From the NCBI GenBank assembly GCA_965644265.1, contig OZ286465.1, positions 93,186,001 through 93,250,000 on the forward strand: a DNA stretch of 64,000 nucleotides, in the 5' to 3' direction. A model generated the notes under the pieces. The model was not told where the DNA came from. It did no database searches and saw only the letters and a program-made list of their open reading frames with translations. Below, one piece after another: positions 37,606 through 51,900 of the stretch. The number at the start of each line of letters is the position of its first letter. The stretch's first letter is position 1. The position numbers were made by a program, and so were the translations under genes. This DNA is from Glycera tridactyla. Taxonomy: Eukaryota.

Positions 37606-39598
37606 CTGTCAACAAAAAATAACACGTTAAAGTGCGCCAATCAAACAATCAATCAAGTCATTAAGTAATCACACCTGGACACTGTTCCACTGAAGTCGAG
37701 TGGCAACAATACCAAAGGTGAACTAGACTTCATGGCACCACTGAACTTCAATGGTACAAGTTCCACAAATGCACCAATTCAGTTAAAAAAAATATAGGAC
37801 TGAGGGGAATATTTCACAAATGGAAATCAGGCAAGCAAATTGAGTATTATATCTCGACACTTAATAAAATAAACAAGCCAATCGAAAACTGTAAACACGT
37901 ACCAGTCGAGTATGAAAAAAGTAAAAATAAACGAATGTTAATGTTGGGGGATTAGGGGTAAGGATTATCCAGAATATGCAAGAGAAAATTCAATGGATGT
38001 TATCGATCGAGGCATATGAACAAAGATATTGTGTACCGTATTTCCTCCAATATTTTTCCCGCAAAAAGTTTAGCAAAGGTATTGCACCAGTTCTTGAATG
38101 ATGAAACATATAACCATTATCATATTCCTCAATATCTAAATGAACCATTGTTGAACAAAAAATTCACGAATTCCATACATAGGTGCAATTGAAGTTGCCA
38201 TTTAATTGATGAAAGTATGATACAAAATCAACATAATTGTACAGTCAATCTTTGAGGCTCACAAACTTGATGAAAAAATATTCAGTATCTCATGGTGCAT
38301 AGAGTCACCATAGAAACAGTGATGTGGAAGATCTCAGGCTCATCTCTTCATAAATGATGGATTGGAGGAAATAAGGTGCAATGAAATACATGCTCACTAT
38401 ATGTCTATCTCCTTGGTCTCTGTTCAAAAAGAAAATAAGAAATTTTCATTTAAGCTAATAATCTGTTGCCAAGGTGAATAAACTAAAATGGAATTCCAAT
38501 CAAATTCAATTCTTGGGACTTGACTTTGAATCAAGAACTATTCAAAGAAGGAATGACTGCTTCTCAGCCTTCTGATAACAGCTATAATGGTCACTCAAGT
38601 TTGCCTGCTTTTAATCTGTAATACGGCAGATTGTGATTTTGAACACCTATCGGATCAACAAAAGAGACTGTTTTCAACAGAAAAGATTTGCAGCACTCTA
38701 AAGTGGAAATGGATGATTCACGTCAATAAATGTTAGGAATCTGTCAACTGATGATGATGGAATATGAAGGTACTGATGAAAGCCAAGGGACATGGTTCAC
38801 ATCTTCTCTTAAAAGCTGCTGGTATTTTGTTGCAATTAATTGGAGGGGTTATCTAGTAGGTGGTGCATGCATGTATGACTAACACATTATTACATCATAC
38901 AATACAGGATGATGACTGAAACAGAAAAACACATAATACATTTTTGTTGATAATACATGATGCAGATCAAAAGTGTTAAGGTTGCCATGATATCAAGTAC
39001 CTCACCTCCTTGTCTCACGTTCTTGACCTATTTTGTCAAGATAATCCACCAAAAATGTTCATTCCAACTCAGTTTATGATTGAAAGAGTCAGACTGCTTC
39101 TTGGACCCAATATCTACATTGAGATTTGAAAGCACACTATAAGGCATTTATCTTATAGTTTATATGAACATAATGACTCAATAGTACATGTGGAGCACAG
39201 ATACTGCTGAAGAATGGCTTCATCGGGGGCTCCTGTTACTGTTTTTTTTTTCCAAAAAGTCTGATTTGTTGGTTGGTTGAGTTTATTGACATATACCCCC
39301 CTTCAATCATTGAGACTGGGTATGCTGCGTGCTCTGGATCCCAGAGCTGAAAGCTTCCTCACCTTGAAGCATCTTTCTTGTGGCTCCTGAACATAGATGG
39401 GGAACTATAACAATTGTCAAGTGCAACCAACCACACCACTACATTCATCAGGAAATCCTCCAAATGGCTAGACTGGGGCTGTTATGCATAGAAAGCTAAA
39501 ACCGATGTTTTGTAATTCGTTATTGTGAAACCTGTGATGAAGCCCTTAACTAGGGACCACCCAAAGAGCAGCTTTTTCACTAAATAACATCAAATGTA

Positions 39599-39727
39599 CA
39601 GTGAAACCTGCGACGAGGCGGTATTCTTATTTGACATAGACAAATATACCTCAGACGGGAGCCCCCTTTTTTCAAGAGACCACTTTTTGGTGACATTTAG
39701 GGCAGTTTCTCGTCGCAGGTCTCACAG
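39599..39727. mobile_element. CAGTGAAACC-type MITE copy
   Basis: ta-CAGTGAAACCTGCG...CGCAGGTCTCACAG-ta. Confidence 0.75.
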
Positions 39728-40385
39728 TACCGTGAAGGAGAGACCACCTTTTTCAGAAGACCACTTTTAAGTGAAGTTTCAGGTGGTATCTTCTCACACC
39801 ATATAACAGCCGACCAACTCTTACATCTCTTTCTCTTGCTATTGACCTCATGGTTACAGCAGTGAAACCGATCAGAAGTAAACAATATGAATTCACTGTA
39901 TTGCATTGTGTTCAATATAACAGCATTGGATCGCCGAATTAAGTTCAGCATGAGATCAGGACCGTCTTCCACTGACTTAAGTGCGGCTGTATCGAGCACA
40001 CAGCCCAGACGAGCAGTTTCAAATTGGAAGTAAAGGGCACATCCTATTTCTTCCATGCAATATGCTGATTCACCTCTGGTTTCCAATGACATATAAACTG
40101 ATCAACTAGTTATTTGTGGCAATCAATTTCATAATTCATTCGAAACCCTGGCATCAAATTAGCTGGGTACATTACCTGCCAGTCGACTAAATATATCATG
40201 ATTAACAAATCTATCCTCCTAACTGGGCAAAAATAGCATTGCTGACATGAATATATCTAACATTCATGTATGCAGTTACGGTATCAAATTTGAATGATCT
40301 GCCTGAATGGATGCCACCAACACCTGAGAATACATCAACACATTTAACAGGCATACACTAATAGATATAATCAGATTATACCTAC

Positions 40386-40460
40386 CTTTTCAATGAGTGA
40401 TGTCATCATTTGCTTCTGTACTTTCTCTAAGAACTCATCACTTTTCGTATGGTACTGGTG
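40386..40460 (-). CDS. CADPS: CADPS exon HQYHTKSDEFLEKVQKQMMTSLIEK
   Basis: Matches CAPS HQYHSKIDELIEE. Acceptor ttttccag, donor AAG|gtagg; 75 nt, phase 0. Confidence 0.95.
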
Positions 40461-41053
40461 CTGGAAAAGACACATAAGCAGCATTCAAACCATGCTTCAG
40501 AGTTGTCACCAATCAAACCTGGATATTGAATCGTATTCCAATATGATGCTTGTCCGATTTGCTTACTGAATACCATGACAATTTTGTATACCACAAATAT
40601 ATATATCTTTTAGTTGCAATATATTCGCTTGGCAATTAGGTCACATGCCATTCCTCATCTGTGAATACAATCCCTGAAATGGATTCAATCAGTTTCTTTA
40701 TACGATCGGATAGCTTCAATAGAAGAGAAAGAAACCATCATTTAGACCCCAGAGTATTTCTTCTACTCCCAGAATTTTTTCCAACTTGATTTCAATAATC
40801 ATAATGTGAAAGAATTATACTGAAACTTCTTTTCAGGGCATGATACCTCCACATTGAGTTTCTCTATAGAATAAGAATAACTTGAGTAGAAAAAAAGTCC
40901 ATGTTTTGAACCCCAAACTATATCTTCTTTAAGAGTATTTTTAATACTGAGACGGTTGCACTATTCAAACTGCAGAAGAGTTACATGCAACTCTTGTGAG
41001 ATGAAATTTTGGATGGGAAATGCATCTGAAAAAAATGTGCTATTCATGCTTAC

Positions 41054-41213
41054 CCGGGATGCGACTGTATCGCCACTATCAAGGGCACATAGTTTGAGCG
41101 CCTGACCCTTGAAGTCAATGACTACATTCATCATCACCAGCATCTCTGACGGTAAAATGTAGTCTGTACCCCTGCTTCCTTTCTTCATATACATCTCAAA
41201 GCCCTTCAATGTC
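41054..41213 (-). CDS. CADPS: CADPS exon TLKGFEMYMKKGSRGTDYILPSEMLVMMNVVIDFKGQALKLCALDSGDTVASR
   Basis: Aligns to CAPS ...[27 protein letters not shown].... Acceptor cttgcag, donor CGG|gtaagc; 160 nt, phase 2 to 0. The 3' boundary could alternatively be 41066. Confidence 0.92.
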
Positions 41214-41773
41214 CTGCAAGACACACACACAAATACATCATACATTCTAAATATAGTGTAGAATACTTTTTTTGAATACAAAAAAATACATCATATACTT
41301 TCCAAATATAGTGTTTTCTACTTTATTCGGAAATGGTCTGATCAATTAGTTACAGTATTTAATGGAAAATCGTCACTTGCTTTGAATGGGTGGCCATTTA
41401 TCTCAAAGACATTATATGAAGTGATCATTTAAATCATTCAAATCAATTCTATATTATCGGCTGAAGCTACCTAAGTGGCCCGCTCGCAATATGATTGGTT
41501 TGTTTGTTGCTTACTTGATTGGTTGGGGATATAACTGCATAAATCCACCTGGAAGATTATCTATGCTGTTTGGTCCTGATCTATGAACTGTATGCCCTGT
41601 CCCCTGCAGGCTTCACTCTCACCATCCCTTGACACAATATGATGGGAATCAAAAAAGTTAACAAGTGAAAGTAGCTGACAATTCAGAAACACCTAAGAAT
41701 ACCTCAAGTATGGGCGGATCTAATCTGTGTCATACTATATCAAAATCAGGATTTTTTTTTTAAGATTACTTAC

Positions 41774-41929
41774 CTCTTGGCGGCTGCTTCAATCATATCA
41801 GCTGCCATGAGCTTCAGCCGATGATCCAAATGTTCGGCAAACACTTCTTCTGGCCAGTGAAGGTCACGGATGAATGACTGCAATGCATCCAGCTTCCATA
41901 ACATGTCGTCTGATGTAGCGCAACCATTC
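41774..41929 (-). CDS. CADPS: CADPS exon [51 protein letters not shown](R)
   Basis: Matches CAPS [18 protein letters not shown]. Acceptor ttttcag, donor AG|gtaagt; 156 nt, phase 2 to 2. Confidence 0.97.
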
Positions 41930-42772
41930 CTGAAAACAATTACTCAACAATGACTGATTGATCGAAGTTCAAAGGCACTGTCAATCCTAAGGATTATGCA
42001 TGTCTTGTATTCCTGGTCTATGGAAGCTGGATATTCTGTCCCCTGGGGGCATCACTCTCACAACCCCAGACAATTGCAGGGATGCCTCTGATGACTATAA
42101 TTAGCAATGATGTAAATTTTCAGGAGTAATGATGACAATATTCACAATGATTAAATGAGAGGAATGTGAGATTCATAGCAAATTGTACTCCAGAATCGCA
42201 ATGGTTGGCATTTCTGCAGATGTTGATTCAATACACATCTACACCATATACGTGTATCACATATTTTATAAAGTGAAATATCATGCCAGTGACATGGTGA
42301 TTTTATTCATTGAGTGAAGGTTCCTGCTTCTATACTAGAGCTAAAAGATTTGTGCCTGAGATTCAAATCCTCCGTGGTTGTGCCTGAAATATGTCCAAAG
42401 AAATGTGGGATATCATCCAAATCTACAACAGTGAAATGTGTGAAAAAAGATCATCCTGAACAGCACCAAAGAGTGGTCACACAGAAAATGGACCTCATCA
42501 TAGGTGCATTTGACGGCATCATGTAGAAAGCTGCCTCATGAAAGTGGTTTCCCTGGTATTCTCTTGCTCCCAATACACCTTTTCTAGTTCTAGTGATTGA
42601 TCGGCAGAACCGTCTAGTAAAGGATATAATGCGGATGAGTGAAGTACATAATGTGGCCGACTCTTCTTTGCCATGTTATCCTCCCAGTGATCTCAAACCA
42701 CCAGTAGTTGCGATGGTGAACAGGTATCTGTCAAAACTGTTCTGAGCATGGAATATACAAATGGATGCATAC

Positions 42773-42914
42773 CCATGAGGTTTCCAGTTCTCCTTCTCGA
42801 ATCCTTTGTGTATGGACTGAGCAATAGACGACTCCATCAGATCTACATAACGGACAACTTGCGGTGCAAACACATCACGTAGGTGATTGTGGAACTTTCC
42901 TCCGCACAGATTTT
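42773..42914 (-). CDS. CADPS: CADPS exon (E)[46 protein letters not shown](G)
   Basis: Matches the CAPS motif [17 protein letters not shown]. Pyrimidine tract then aatag acceptor, GG|gtatgc donor; 142 nt, phase 1 to 2, in frame with neighbours. Confidence 0.97.
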
Positions 42915-43158
42915 CTATTCAAGAGAGAAAAAAGGAAATACATCAATGAAGTTCAATTGATAGTCATCATCTGAATAATCTGGGTGAGATTTTCATGTTG
43001 TAGACTGGTCCGCCAGTTGTATGATTTAATTGAGGAAATTAAAATGCAGAACATTCATTCCTAATACAGAATTCATGGATAGTGAACAGAAACAGCCTCT
43101 TAACAACCATATGATCATGGCTACTGCAATATTTTCTTTTAAATGTGTATACTGGTAG

Positions 43159-43525
43159 CAGGGCTCTGAATTATAGTTTGTAAGAATTATACTGAAACTT
43201 CCTTCCAGGGAATAATACATTCGCATAGAGCTCCTCTTTGAAATGAGGTAACTTCAGTAGAAAGGAAAGAAATCCATGTTTTGAACCCCAAACTATATCT
43301 TCTTTCTGAGTATGTTCAATACTTTCTTCAGCTGTTCTTTTGACAGGGACTGTGAGATTTTTACCTACCCTACCAGCCATTTTCACGTGCCCCCATGCAT
43401 ATGATTATTGACTAAATAATGTTCAGGTGGACTGATATAATCACCTGCCTTCACAACAAATTTACCTGCCTTCAAAACAAATCTACCTGCCTGTGCCAGT
43501 AGGCAGCCCTCAGTATAGAGCCCTG
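43159..43525. mobile_element. Short non-autonomous TIR element (hAT-like CAGGGCTCT termini); partial second copy at about 40810-40945
   Basis: CAGGGCTCT...AGAGCCCTG; the internal segment AAGAATTATACTGAAACTT...CCATGTTTTGAACCCCAAACTATATCTTC is shared with 40810-40945. No TSD recognised. Confidence 0.55.
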
Positions 43526-46500
43526 CATGAAGAAGAATTGTTTGTTTGTGATTCAATGGCATGTATCAACCCAGGGGATTATGTATGCCCTGTGTTCCTC
43601 ATCAATAAAATCAAGATGATCTGTCCCTTGCAGGCATCACTTACACAATCCCTGAACACAAGATGATGGGCAACCTGAAAAGCTATCAAGTGGAAGTAGC
43701 TAATAGTTCAGACACACCTCTACCTACTCAACATAAACATAGTGAACCTATTGATGGAATATCTAACTATGTGACTGGCTAGAAGCTAACCCTCAAGCCT
43801 GTGCGGTAGAACACTGTAGCGAAAGTATTTTGGACCCTTGAACTCATACACCTGGAGAAACCCAGGATACTAAATCAAGCAGACATGCATGGTTTGTGTC
43901 AGAAGGACACTGATGTCATCGCTATCTACTGATGTGCTCATTCCATAATTTCAATAAGCATAGAGCCATCTCAAATGCAGCGATGTGATTAGCTCACAAC
44001 CAAAACCCCTGAAAATCTGACTGCAGACACTTTTCACCCAAATTTTGAGGACCACAAAACCTGAACAACTGCTAACTAATGACTACTCTAACTGCATATA
44101 TACTCTATCTCTACTAATTCTGGTCCGATTTTCATGATCTAAAATCCATCATGTGCATGGATTGCTGCATAAGCAGATCCACAGAACAACCACATTCCTG
44201 CAAGTGTTCTAGTGAGAAGCAGCTGATATATCAGTACAGCTGAAAAAGTCTGACCAAACCAAATTTGTTGGATATGTTCTCATGCAATTTTCACCATTTC
44301 TCAACTGATTGAAGTTGAAATGACACATGGAAGAATTGAAACGGTACCCATCAGATTTGAATTTGGCAGACATTGGTAAGCCATTACCATTACTTTAATC
44401 ATTACTGCCTGAAGACTATTGTGCCAGTCATTAACTGACTAAGACCTCATTCATGCTGTGCAAGGTATAGTAGCTTCATACTTGATACCTGAGTTGGGAG
44501 GGGGCAAAGCTTCAAACCAACCAGAAATGCAATTCATTACAAAGGCAATATTTCATAACAAATAGTCTCATTGAATGTGCAGCATTCATATCTCAGATAG
44601 TGAGATTCTACTCTGAGAGAATTGTCGCTCTGCTACCACATGCTCTACATTGATGTATATTTGCGTGATAATGTCCTATCAGCAATGCTATATAGTTCCT
44701 AGATAGCTATCGTGCCGTCCTTCAAAAATAGTTTGACCCCGTTCCGGAGTTTATGTGTTAGTATCTGTTAGAAACACCTGCGCAAAATACAGCTGGAATC
44801 ACACATGCTTCAGCACTTTGCAACTTGCATAAATATTGGGGTAAAATTCATGGGGTTCCGTCATGTTTCAAGGGTGAATGTGAAGAAAAATTGAAAATAT
44901 GCTGTGTATGACCTGGGGAATATTTGTATCAGGAGTTTATGTGATGTGGTATAAAGAGACATAGTCGATAAAAATAGGTGCAACTTCTAGAAAAACTGAA
45001 TATATATGAACAATTTGATGTGAATGAACGAATCTGGGATAAGAATGTATGACAATGGGGGAGAAGAGGGTAATGTAATAAGTGTGAGATGAAATTCATC
45101 GAACAAAATTCAAATATGAATTATGTTGTATAAGGGAAGTGGAGGCCTAAGAGATTGGGAGATCTTGCTTTTGTTGCTATGATTACTTGGAAAAACCACA
45201 GGAACAAGCATCTTGCCCAAATTAGGCTGCACCTCCAGTTTGGGGAAATAATACAGCATCTGTAAAATGACTCAAAAAATGCCCCAGACCAACTGAGGTA
45301 GTAAATTTGTAAAGAGGCTCAACAAAAAATGCCTCAACCAAGTGGCGTGGTATGCCATTTGTGGGAAACAAACTTCACTTATTTCTTCAAGAATAATTTG
45401 ATAGAAACAGGTGTGGTACGAATTCAAACTGTAACCATGACAACAGAATTGGAGACCTGCAAATGTTTTCAGCGATTTCATTTTGTCAATTGTATGGAAG
45501 CATGATTTGCATCATCCTAAAATATTTTCCATATACTAACTCCTGAGATGGTATGCAGGTTGTAATATCATACAGCAATCCGTACGTATATGAGGGAACT
45601 TAGTTGCAACAAAGGCATTATCGGAGCACTGTAGCCAGCAGCCCTAATGTAAGTATCTCAATCGATTTCTATGTGTAATCGAGTACCGCAGATTATTCAG
45701 CTTATCCAGTCGGCCCATGCTGAAAATGTGACTTGCTTGCTCATTTGTTCTAAGGAACTATAAGTAAAACAGCTGTCAATCATTCGATGAAGTTAGCACT
45801 CCACACTAAGCTGTGTGCATGATATAATCAAGATCAAGAAAAATGTTGGAATTCCCGACAAAAAACGTGTCTCAAGATCGGGATAACAGAAGAAAAACTC
45901 CTTCCTTAAACCTGAAGCTCACCTTGAGATGGGACATTCAAGTTTAAATGAAACAATGTTAATTCACACATCTAGATAAAACCACATGAATCCACAAAAT
46001 CTCTCAACTGCAAACCAGCACCTCTAGGATGAGACAAATCATAAACATAATACCACTCTTGTAATGTCTGGCCAAAATCTGACAAAGAAACCATTTTGGA
46101 CCTGGTTCAATTCAATAAACAGGTATTGAGCCTTTTCTTGGTGGACAGCAATCACCAGCTATCATCGTCCTAGATTGTACTGCATCAATCAATATTGAAA
46201 TTATGCAGTAAGGAACATGGAAGACTATATTGAGAAACCATAAAAGCGGAAGAAATAAGTTATATCCGATGAGGTGATATCCACATAGGATCTGATATGC
46301 TGAAGGCCAAGTATGATATTGTGCACACACAATGTGTGTCACGTTTTTCATTTATACCTGGGTACATAATATCAAATGCATACCCGTCCCTTGTCTTCCA
46401 CTGAAAATCATACATCTATAGTGAGATAAAAGAGTTGGCACCATGAGGTGGGATTCAAGTTGAATTTCACTAGAAAAGCTGGGGGGGGGGGGGGGAATTC

Positions 46501-48180
46501 TGCACATATCCCATCCTATGGTGTACTCACTATATCTTCCACACACACCATTCCTTACTATTGTTCCATGGAGGTACTCAGATCTCCAATTACATCAGGG
46601 TGTGGGAGATGAAGGCTATGTGCCACATGTTCATCTTCCCATAGAGACCACACATCTCACATATGAACACAGTGTCCATCTATGAAGACCACCCTTGGTC
46701 ACATCAAAAAGTGATCACTGCAAATAGGTGGCCTCCAACAAGATGTTCACTGTACAAAATACTATCATGGTGACCATTTTGGCCTTTATAGGCAGGTGGC
46801 CATTGTTGGAGATGGTCTCTCCCACAAGTTTGACCTGTGCCTATCGGACAGAATTAACACTTTCTCATTGGTTCCAAAGTCGCCCAATGTGGCCAGGAGT
46901 GCCCAGATAGTGGCTTCTGCTTCCTTTGGCAACTTTTGACTGGCAGCATGTGATCACAATTTCAATGTGGGATGAGCATGCAAGGTCTGCAGCCGACAGT
47001 TTGGAGAATACTCATTGGCCATGCTAACATGCAGTCAGCTATGCATTTGGATTTCTTATAGCAGCTTGTTATGGTTCTCACGGTACATGCGGAGTGAATA
47101 TTCATGTCTTTCTCATCGAATTCACATTCCCCATTACTGAAGAAGTTGAAAGAACCTGCCAGTCAGATTCATTTTGAAACAGCACCAATCAATGGTGGCT
47201 GAAGGAAACAGTAGTCTGCCCAATTTGTCACTTGACAGAATAGTTTAGATACTTGCTGTAATATAGGGGTCAAATTTCACTCAAACCAAATGTCTAATAA
47301 GGAAGGAGACATTACAAGGGCTCAAATGATTGTTGTAAATCAAACAACCTGCAGGCTGAGTAACATAATATTGTGCTGAATACAAAAAGAAATGTTCACC
47401 CATCCCTTAGTAAAATACAGAATATATATGGCTAATTGCGATGGCCAGTCGGAAAATGATTTGCCTACCTTCACGTTTTGGATATCTTTGACCTGAACCA
47501 GAATATTTGGAAAGAATATATGTATCACAGTGAAACATCAACAGGATTCAAACTTGGTGAGAAATCTTTGGGCTTGGTGTATCGTTATATTTTTTCACTG
47601 ACCGTTTCCTCATGCACTCCAGCTTGAAGAAACTGGCTCTGACCACCGTACATTGGAAGACAACACTCAGGTACAAAGAACTGCCATGCAGCCACCATAT
47701 ACCAAGTTACTCACATTTTCTCACACATCAACACCAACCTCAAATTGTAGGCTCACACTGTCAGCATTTACGCAAGTGAGCTCACATCCAACTCTCCGAT
47801 CCACACAAGTTTCACATTTTACCCACATCTGCTCACAATTTCAGATTCACTCGGATCATCTACATGTCCCACATTTCATTTTCATATGAGATCCTATCTA
47901 GACCTACTTTACTGTTGTAATCCACATCAGTCTCACATTTATTGTTCATATTGACTATCACATATCTTATTGGAGACTAGATTCGAATATGCTGACCTCA
48001 GGATTGACCTACAACATACCACAGGCCAGTCGTCCACAGTATCACACTCATCACTCGAGTGGGATTGAATGGCCCACGCTTGTACAAGTGACAAAGTTGA
48101 TATTGTCAATATCTGTGTCACTTGTGACTCGACTGGAATTGAGAAGTATTACAATGAAAGCTTCTTGAACTTTCAATATA

Positions 48181-48358
48181 CAGTCAAAGTTGTCCTAAGC
48201 ATGAAGCCACAGGACATGAAAAATGTGTGTGCTTAGAGCAAGTTCATGCTTAATACAGGTCAAATATAGTGAAAAATACTCTGCTGGGATGAACAGAATC
48301 CTGTTGCTTAAGACAAGTTCTTGCTTAGTACAAGTCTTGCTTCGGACAAGTTCGACTG
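48181..48358. mobile_element. MITE with CAGTC termini and TA TSD (related family)
   Basis: ta-CAGTCAAAGTTGTCC...GGACAAGTTCGACTG-ta. Confidence 0.75.
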
Positions 48359-48768
48359 TAACATCATGAGTACTTGAGTAACTTCTATTCCAAGAAGTAT
48401 CACCATGTTTACCTGGAAGATTCCCAGTGTACAAGCAACTCAACTTGAACCTGAACCCTGCACAAATGACTAATTTGACTAACAGTATTATGTATCAAGA
48501 ACCAACATATTTGCCACCAATAAGAAGGGAGATGGATTTCTGAAAGCCTCTTGTATCTTCACCCAATCAGGAGTATCCTTACTGAATTTTCCAACAAGTT
48601 GGACCAAGTGGTTGCTTCATGGTTGCGTTGAAATATGCAGTGCTGAAATAGAACTGCTCACTCACTCTCCACAATCATCACATCATAGTCCTCTGTGAGG
48701 ACTGCATACCATCCATTGTATTGATAATTCAAAGTGGCCCTTGGTTTCAAGTAGAATGCATTGCTCAC

Positions 48769-48925
48769 CATCAGTGCGGAGGTAGTCGTTGAGGAGTTGG
48801 AAGAGTGGGAAACTGTCCCATGTATCTGGCGGCTGCATCTCCAGCACGGCGTCCATATCGACGGCAAACAGTGACCAGAAGATTTCAGCATGCTCCACCA
48901 GCAGATCGCTGAACCAAGCAAACGC
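48769..48925 (-). CDS. CADPS: CAPS/CADPS internal exon ([52 protein letters not shown]), first recognisable exon in the window
   Basis: Translation is nearly identical to the recalled vertebrate CADPS segment [52 protein letters not shown]. Acceptor ctgcag, donor G|gtgagc; 157 nt, phase 0 to phase 1. Confidence 0.97.
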
Positions 48926-51900
48926 CTGCAGATCACAAACAAGTACAAGCATCAGTGTCACATCTATAGATTGCAGGAATTCATACACTCCTGCCTTGTC
49001 TTGTGACCATTGAACAACTTCCAAGTCCCTTTGCCTTCACATTCAAACCTATTTCTCCAGTTCACCAGAACAAACCCTGAGCTGAGATTTTTTGCCCCAA
49101 ACTGATTTTCCTCCAATCCAAAAGGATTATGTTCCGGATGGCCTTCAGCAGAATTCGTATATGTGGTTGCACCAATGAGATGGAGCAGTATTTTTGGAAA
49201 GTCAATTCTCTGGAAATACCCAGACATATTCTCAAAAGTATCTGTTCTGAAATTTTTGAGCTGGATTGAATGACTTCAAAACGTAGAATTTCATGCAGTT
49301 GAATATTGTTTATCCTATTTATTTGGAGCGCAAAAATTGATTTCCTCTTCTGCTAGGTTTTTCTATCAACAAAATCACAGCCATCCAGGAAATAAGGGTG
49401 CAAAGATGGGGGCATGACCTAAGACTCAAAAACCTCAACCATAATTGAAATATCAGCATTCTTATTTTCATCCAGCTGCCGCCATGGATGAGCTGATTTC
49501 ACTGAGGCAGCCCAGTTCTATTGGAATCTAATATACGGACAATGGACAATGAGGTTCACTCATCCATCACAGACCAATATTATCATGAAAATAATGAAGG
49601 CATCCTGACCCCGTGCTGAATTAAAGTGCCTACCAAAGCTCTCCTGCAATAGCTGCTGCTCAAATACAGTAATGATCATAGCTACTGAAAGCTGAACCCA
49701 GTCAAAATTCTCATTTGATAGGCAACAGGCTTAATCTTATATTTCGGATGAAGCAGAATTGGTGGAGTAACAGCTGATACTCAGTTGATAACCTACCAAT
49801 AAGGCAAAATCAGCAAGTAATACTACATGAACTACCATTCGAATGCGAGCAATATCTGGCTGCCAATGTGTTTGCTATCCTATCACTACTCATGCAGACT
49901 ACATGCCGTGAATTTTGAGGCAGAGCAGAGTGATCTCTGACACACGTGCGCTATGCTAACGTTCAATGGCTTGCAACTGGCACTAACCAGCAAAATTTAG
50001 AAGCAGGTTCTAAGGTTAGGAAAATCTATATTCAATGTGTTGCTTGTGTTCAGGAAAATCTGGACGAGTAACCAACTTTCCCTGGGGAATAAGATGTTGA
50101 TGAAGAGAAATATTTACAAATATTTTCCACAATAACATGGGCTATATCAACAATTATGAGAAGATCTTAAAGATCTGAGAGAGACAATCAAAGTTTTCCA
50201 AACAAAATGTTTCTGAACAAATTGTTCCTACTAGCCATACTGTCATGATTGTGTTGAATTCAATGTAAACAAAGTTGGACACATCCTTATGACATATAAC
50301 CTCCTAACTGACAGGTTGTGATTTTTTGAAAAGTTACTGACAGCTGAACCATTCAGGTCATTTCCAGAACAGCAAATTTGCTGAAAAATGAATATTCATA
50401 TGAAATCACCAAAACAACATAGTATATCGTGAAAAAGAGAATGATGTGCAATGCCTGATCAACTGTCTGACCAGACACATGCAGCACATGAGCAAGAGTA
50501 GAACAAATTTACAGAAATGTCACCCCCAATCAGGACAAGCAATGTGAAAAACATGATCTTTCTCAGACAAGCCCAGGCATGGGTAATCTCCCCTTCTAAA
50601 TTGAGAAATAACATTGAGCTACTTTTTGCATAAAATAATGTGGCTTTCAATCTCAATTTCTACCTTGCACCAAATTTTGAGTCCTGAGAGGAACAGAAAA
50701 GCAAGAATGTTCTTGAGGTGGGGTGGCAAAGATGGCTCAGCTTTGAGTGCAATAGAACAACAATATGCCTTTGTAATTTGTTGTCCATGCCTAAGATTCA
50801 ATCAACTTTTTACTTTTGAGGTTTAACGGCATGTATCCAATCCACCCGTCCTCTCGATTGTTCTTGCTACACAGAACAAGACTGCGTGACATCAATGCAG
50901 TACATTTCATAGGTAATTCTGGTATAAGAATCTCAGATCACAAAGTTCAAAAGATTTCCTACAACAAAATCACTGAAACAATACATACAGTGTTGTGTCA
51001 GATAAAATGATGCAAATACAATGGAAAATGACCGGTCAGACAAAACCTGGCAAGAGAATCACATGACCAGAGATTCCGTCATGTGATAGCCCAGGTGACC
51101 AGATCATGATCACATGACATGCCATGTGATCAAACAATATCAACAAGTGACCAATCAGAGAGGACAGTGCTGCGCCAGACGCTTGTTGCCTGCAATAGGT
51201 GAAAAAGACATTCAATCCCTATTCACAAACAGATGTCAAGTGCAGAAAAAGAACTTAAAAAGATGTTTGAAATAGAAAGACTTGGAATGCATGTCCACAC
51301 AGAAAGCAGTATATATAAAATATCATTCTCAAATTTACACCAAATATATAAACTCTAACAAACTTGCGAATCTAGTGATAACCAATCTATATACCACCAT
51401 AAATATATAAATATATATATGAAAATAAAACTGCCATCTACCAGACAAATGTGATGGTCATCATAGGGAATTTCAATAGCACCAGCAGAGAATCAAGCTC
51501 TTGATATTATATATATGGCACATGGCAGTAACAACGTCCAACAAGAAATGCATATATAATATACTGCAAATGATATACATATCAAGGACATGACATGTTC
51601 TTAACTGTTCCTAAACCAGATTTGACTATTTCTATTCACTGATTTCACCAAATATCACAGCAAATATTCAGTATAGGTTCAAATTAATTGGAGATTCATC
51701 AAATCAGAGCACAAGTCCCCTGTCACTTGCCCAAACCCGAAAAGTACCAACACGAACTCATGATTACTTGATTAATGATCAAACTTCCACCTCAATTATT
51801 TATCCGTAATTGTTTGAAAAAAAATTATAATTTTGAAATACTGGTGTATTTTTAACAGAAACTGAAGATACTGCTTTTTAGTCTTCCAAAGTGATTTATT

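Larger units (their letters stand above)
41500..43720 (-). repeat. Three diverged copies of a SINE-like repeat (about 41500-41700, 42010-42090, 43535-43720)
   Basis: Shared TGTCCCCT(G)CAGGCATCACT...ACACAA.ATGATGGG...AGTAGCT segments, adjacent to TTGT-type tails. Confidence 0.45.

Noticed and set aside
42765-42772. Donor gtatgcat as a possible U12 intron
   Set aside because: It does not match the U12 consensus GTATCCTT; treated as an ordinary U2 donor.
40810-43720. Apparent 2.3-kb segmental duplication that might include an exon
   Set aside because: The shared blocks are explained by two independent dispersed repeats (a TIR element and a SINE-like family), and no second exon copy is present.
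48683-49024. 113-aa ORF as a stand-alone gene
   Set aside because: Only 48769-48925 is CAPS-like and bounded by splice sites; the rest is intronic read-through.
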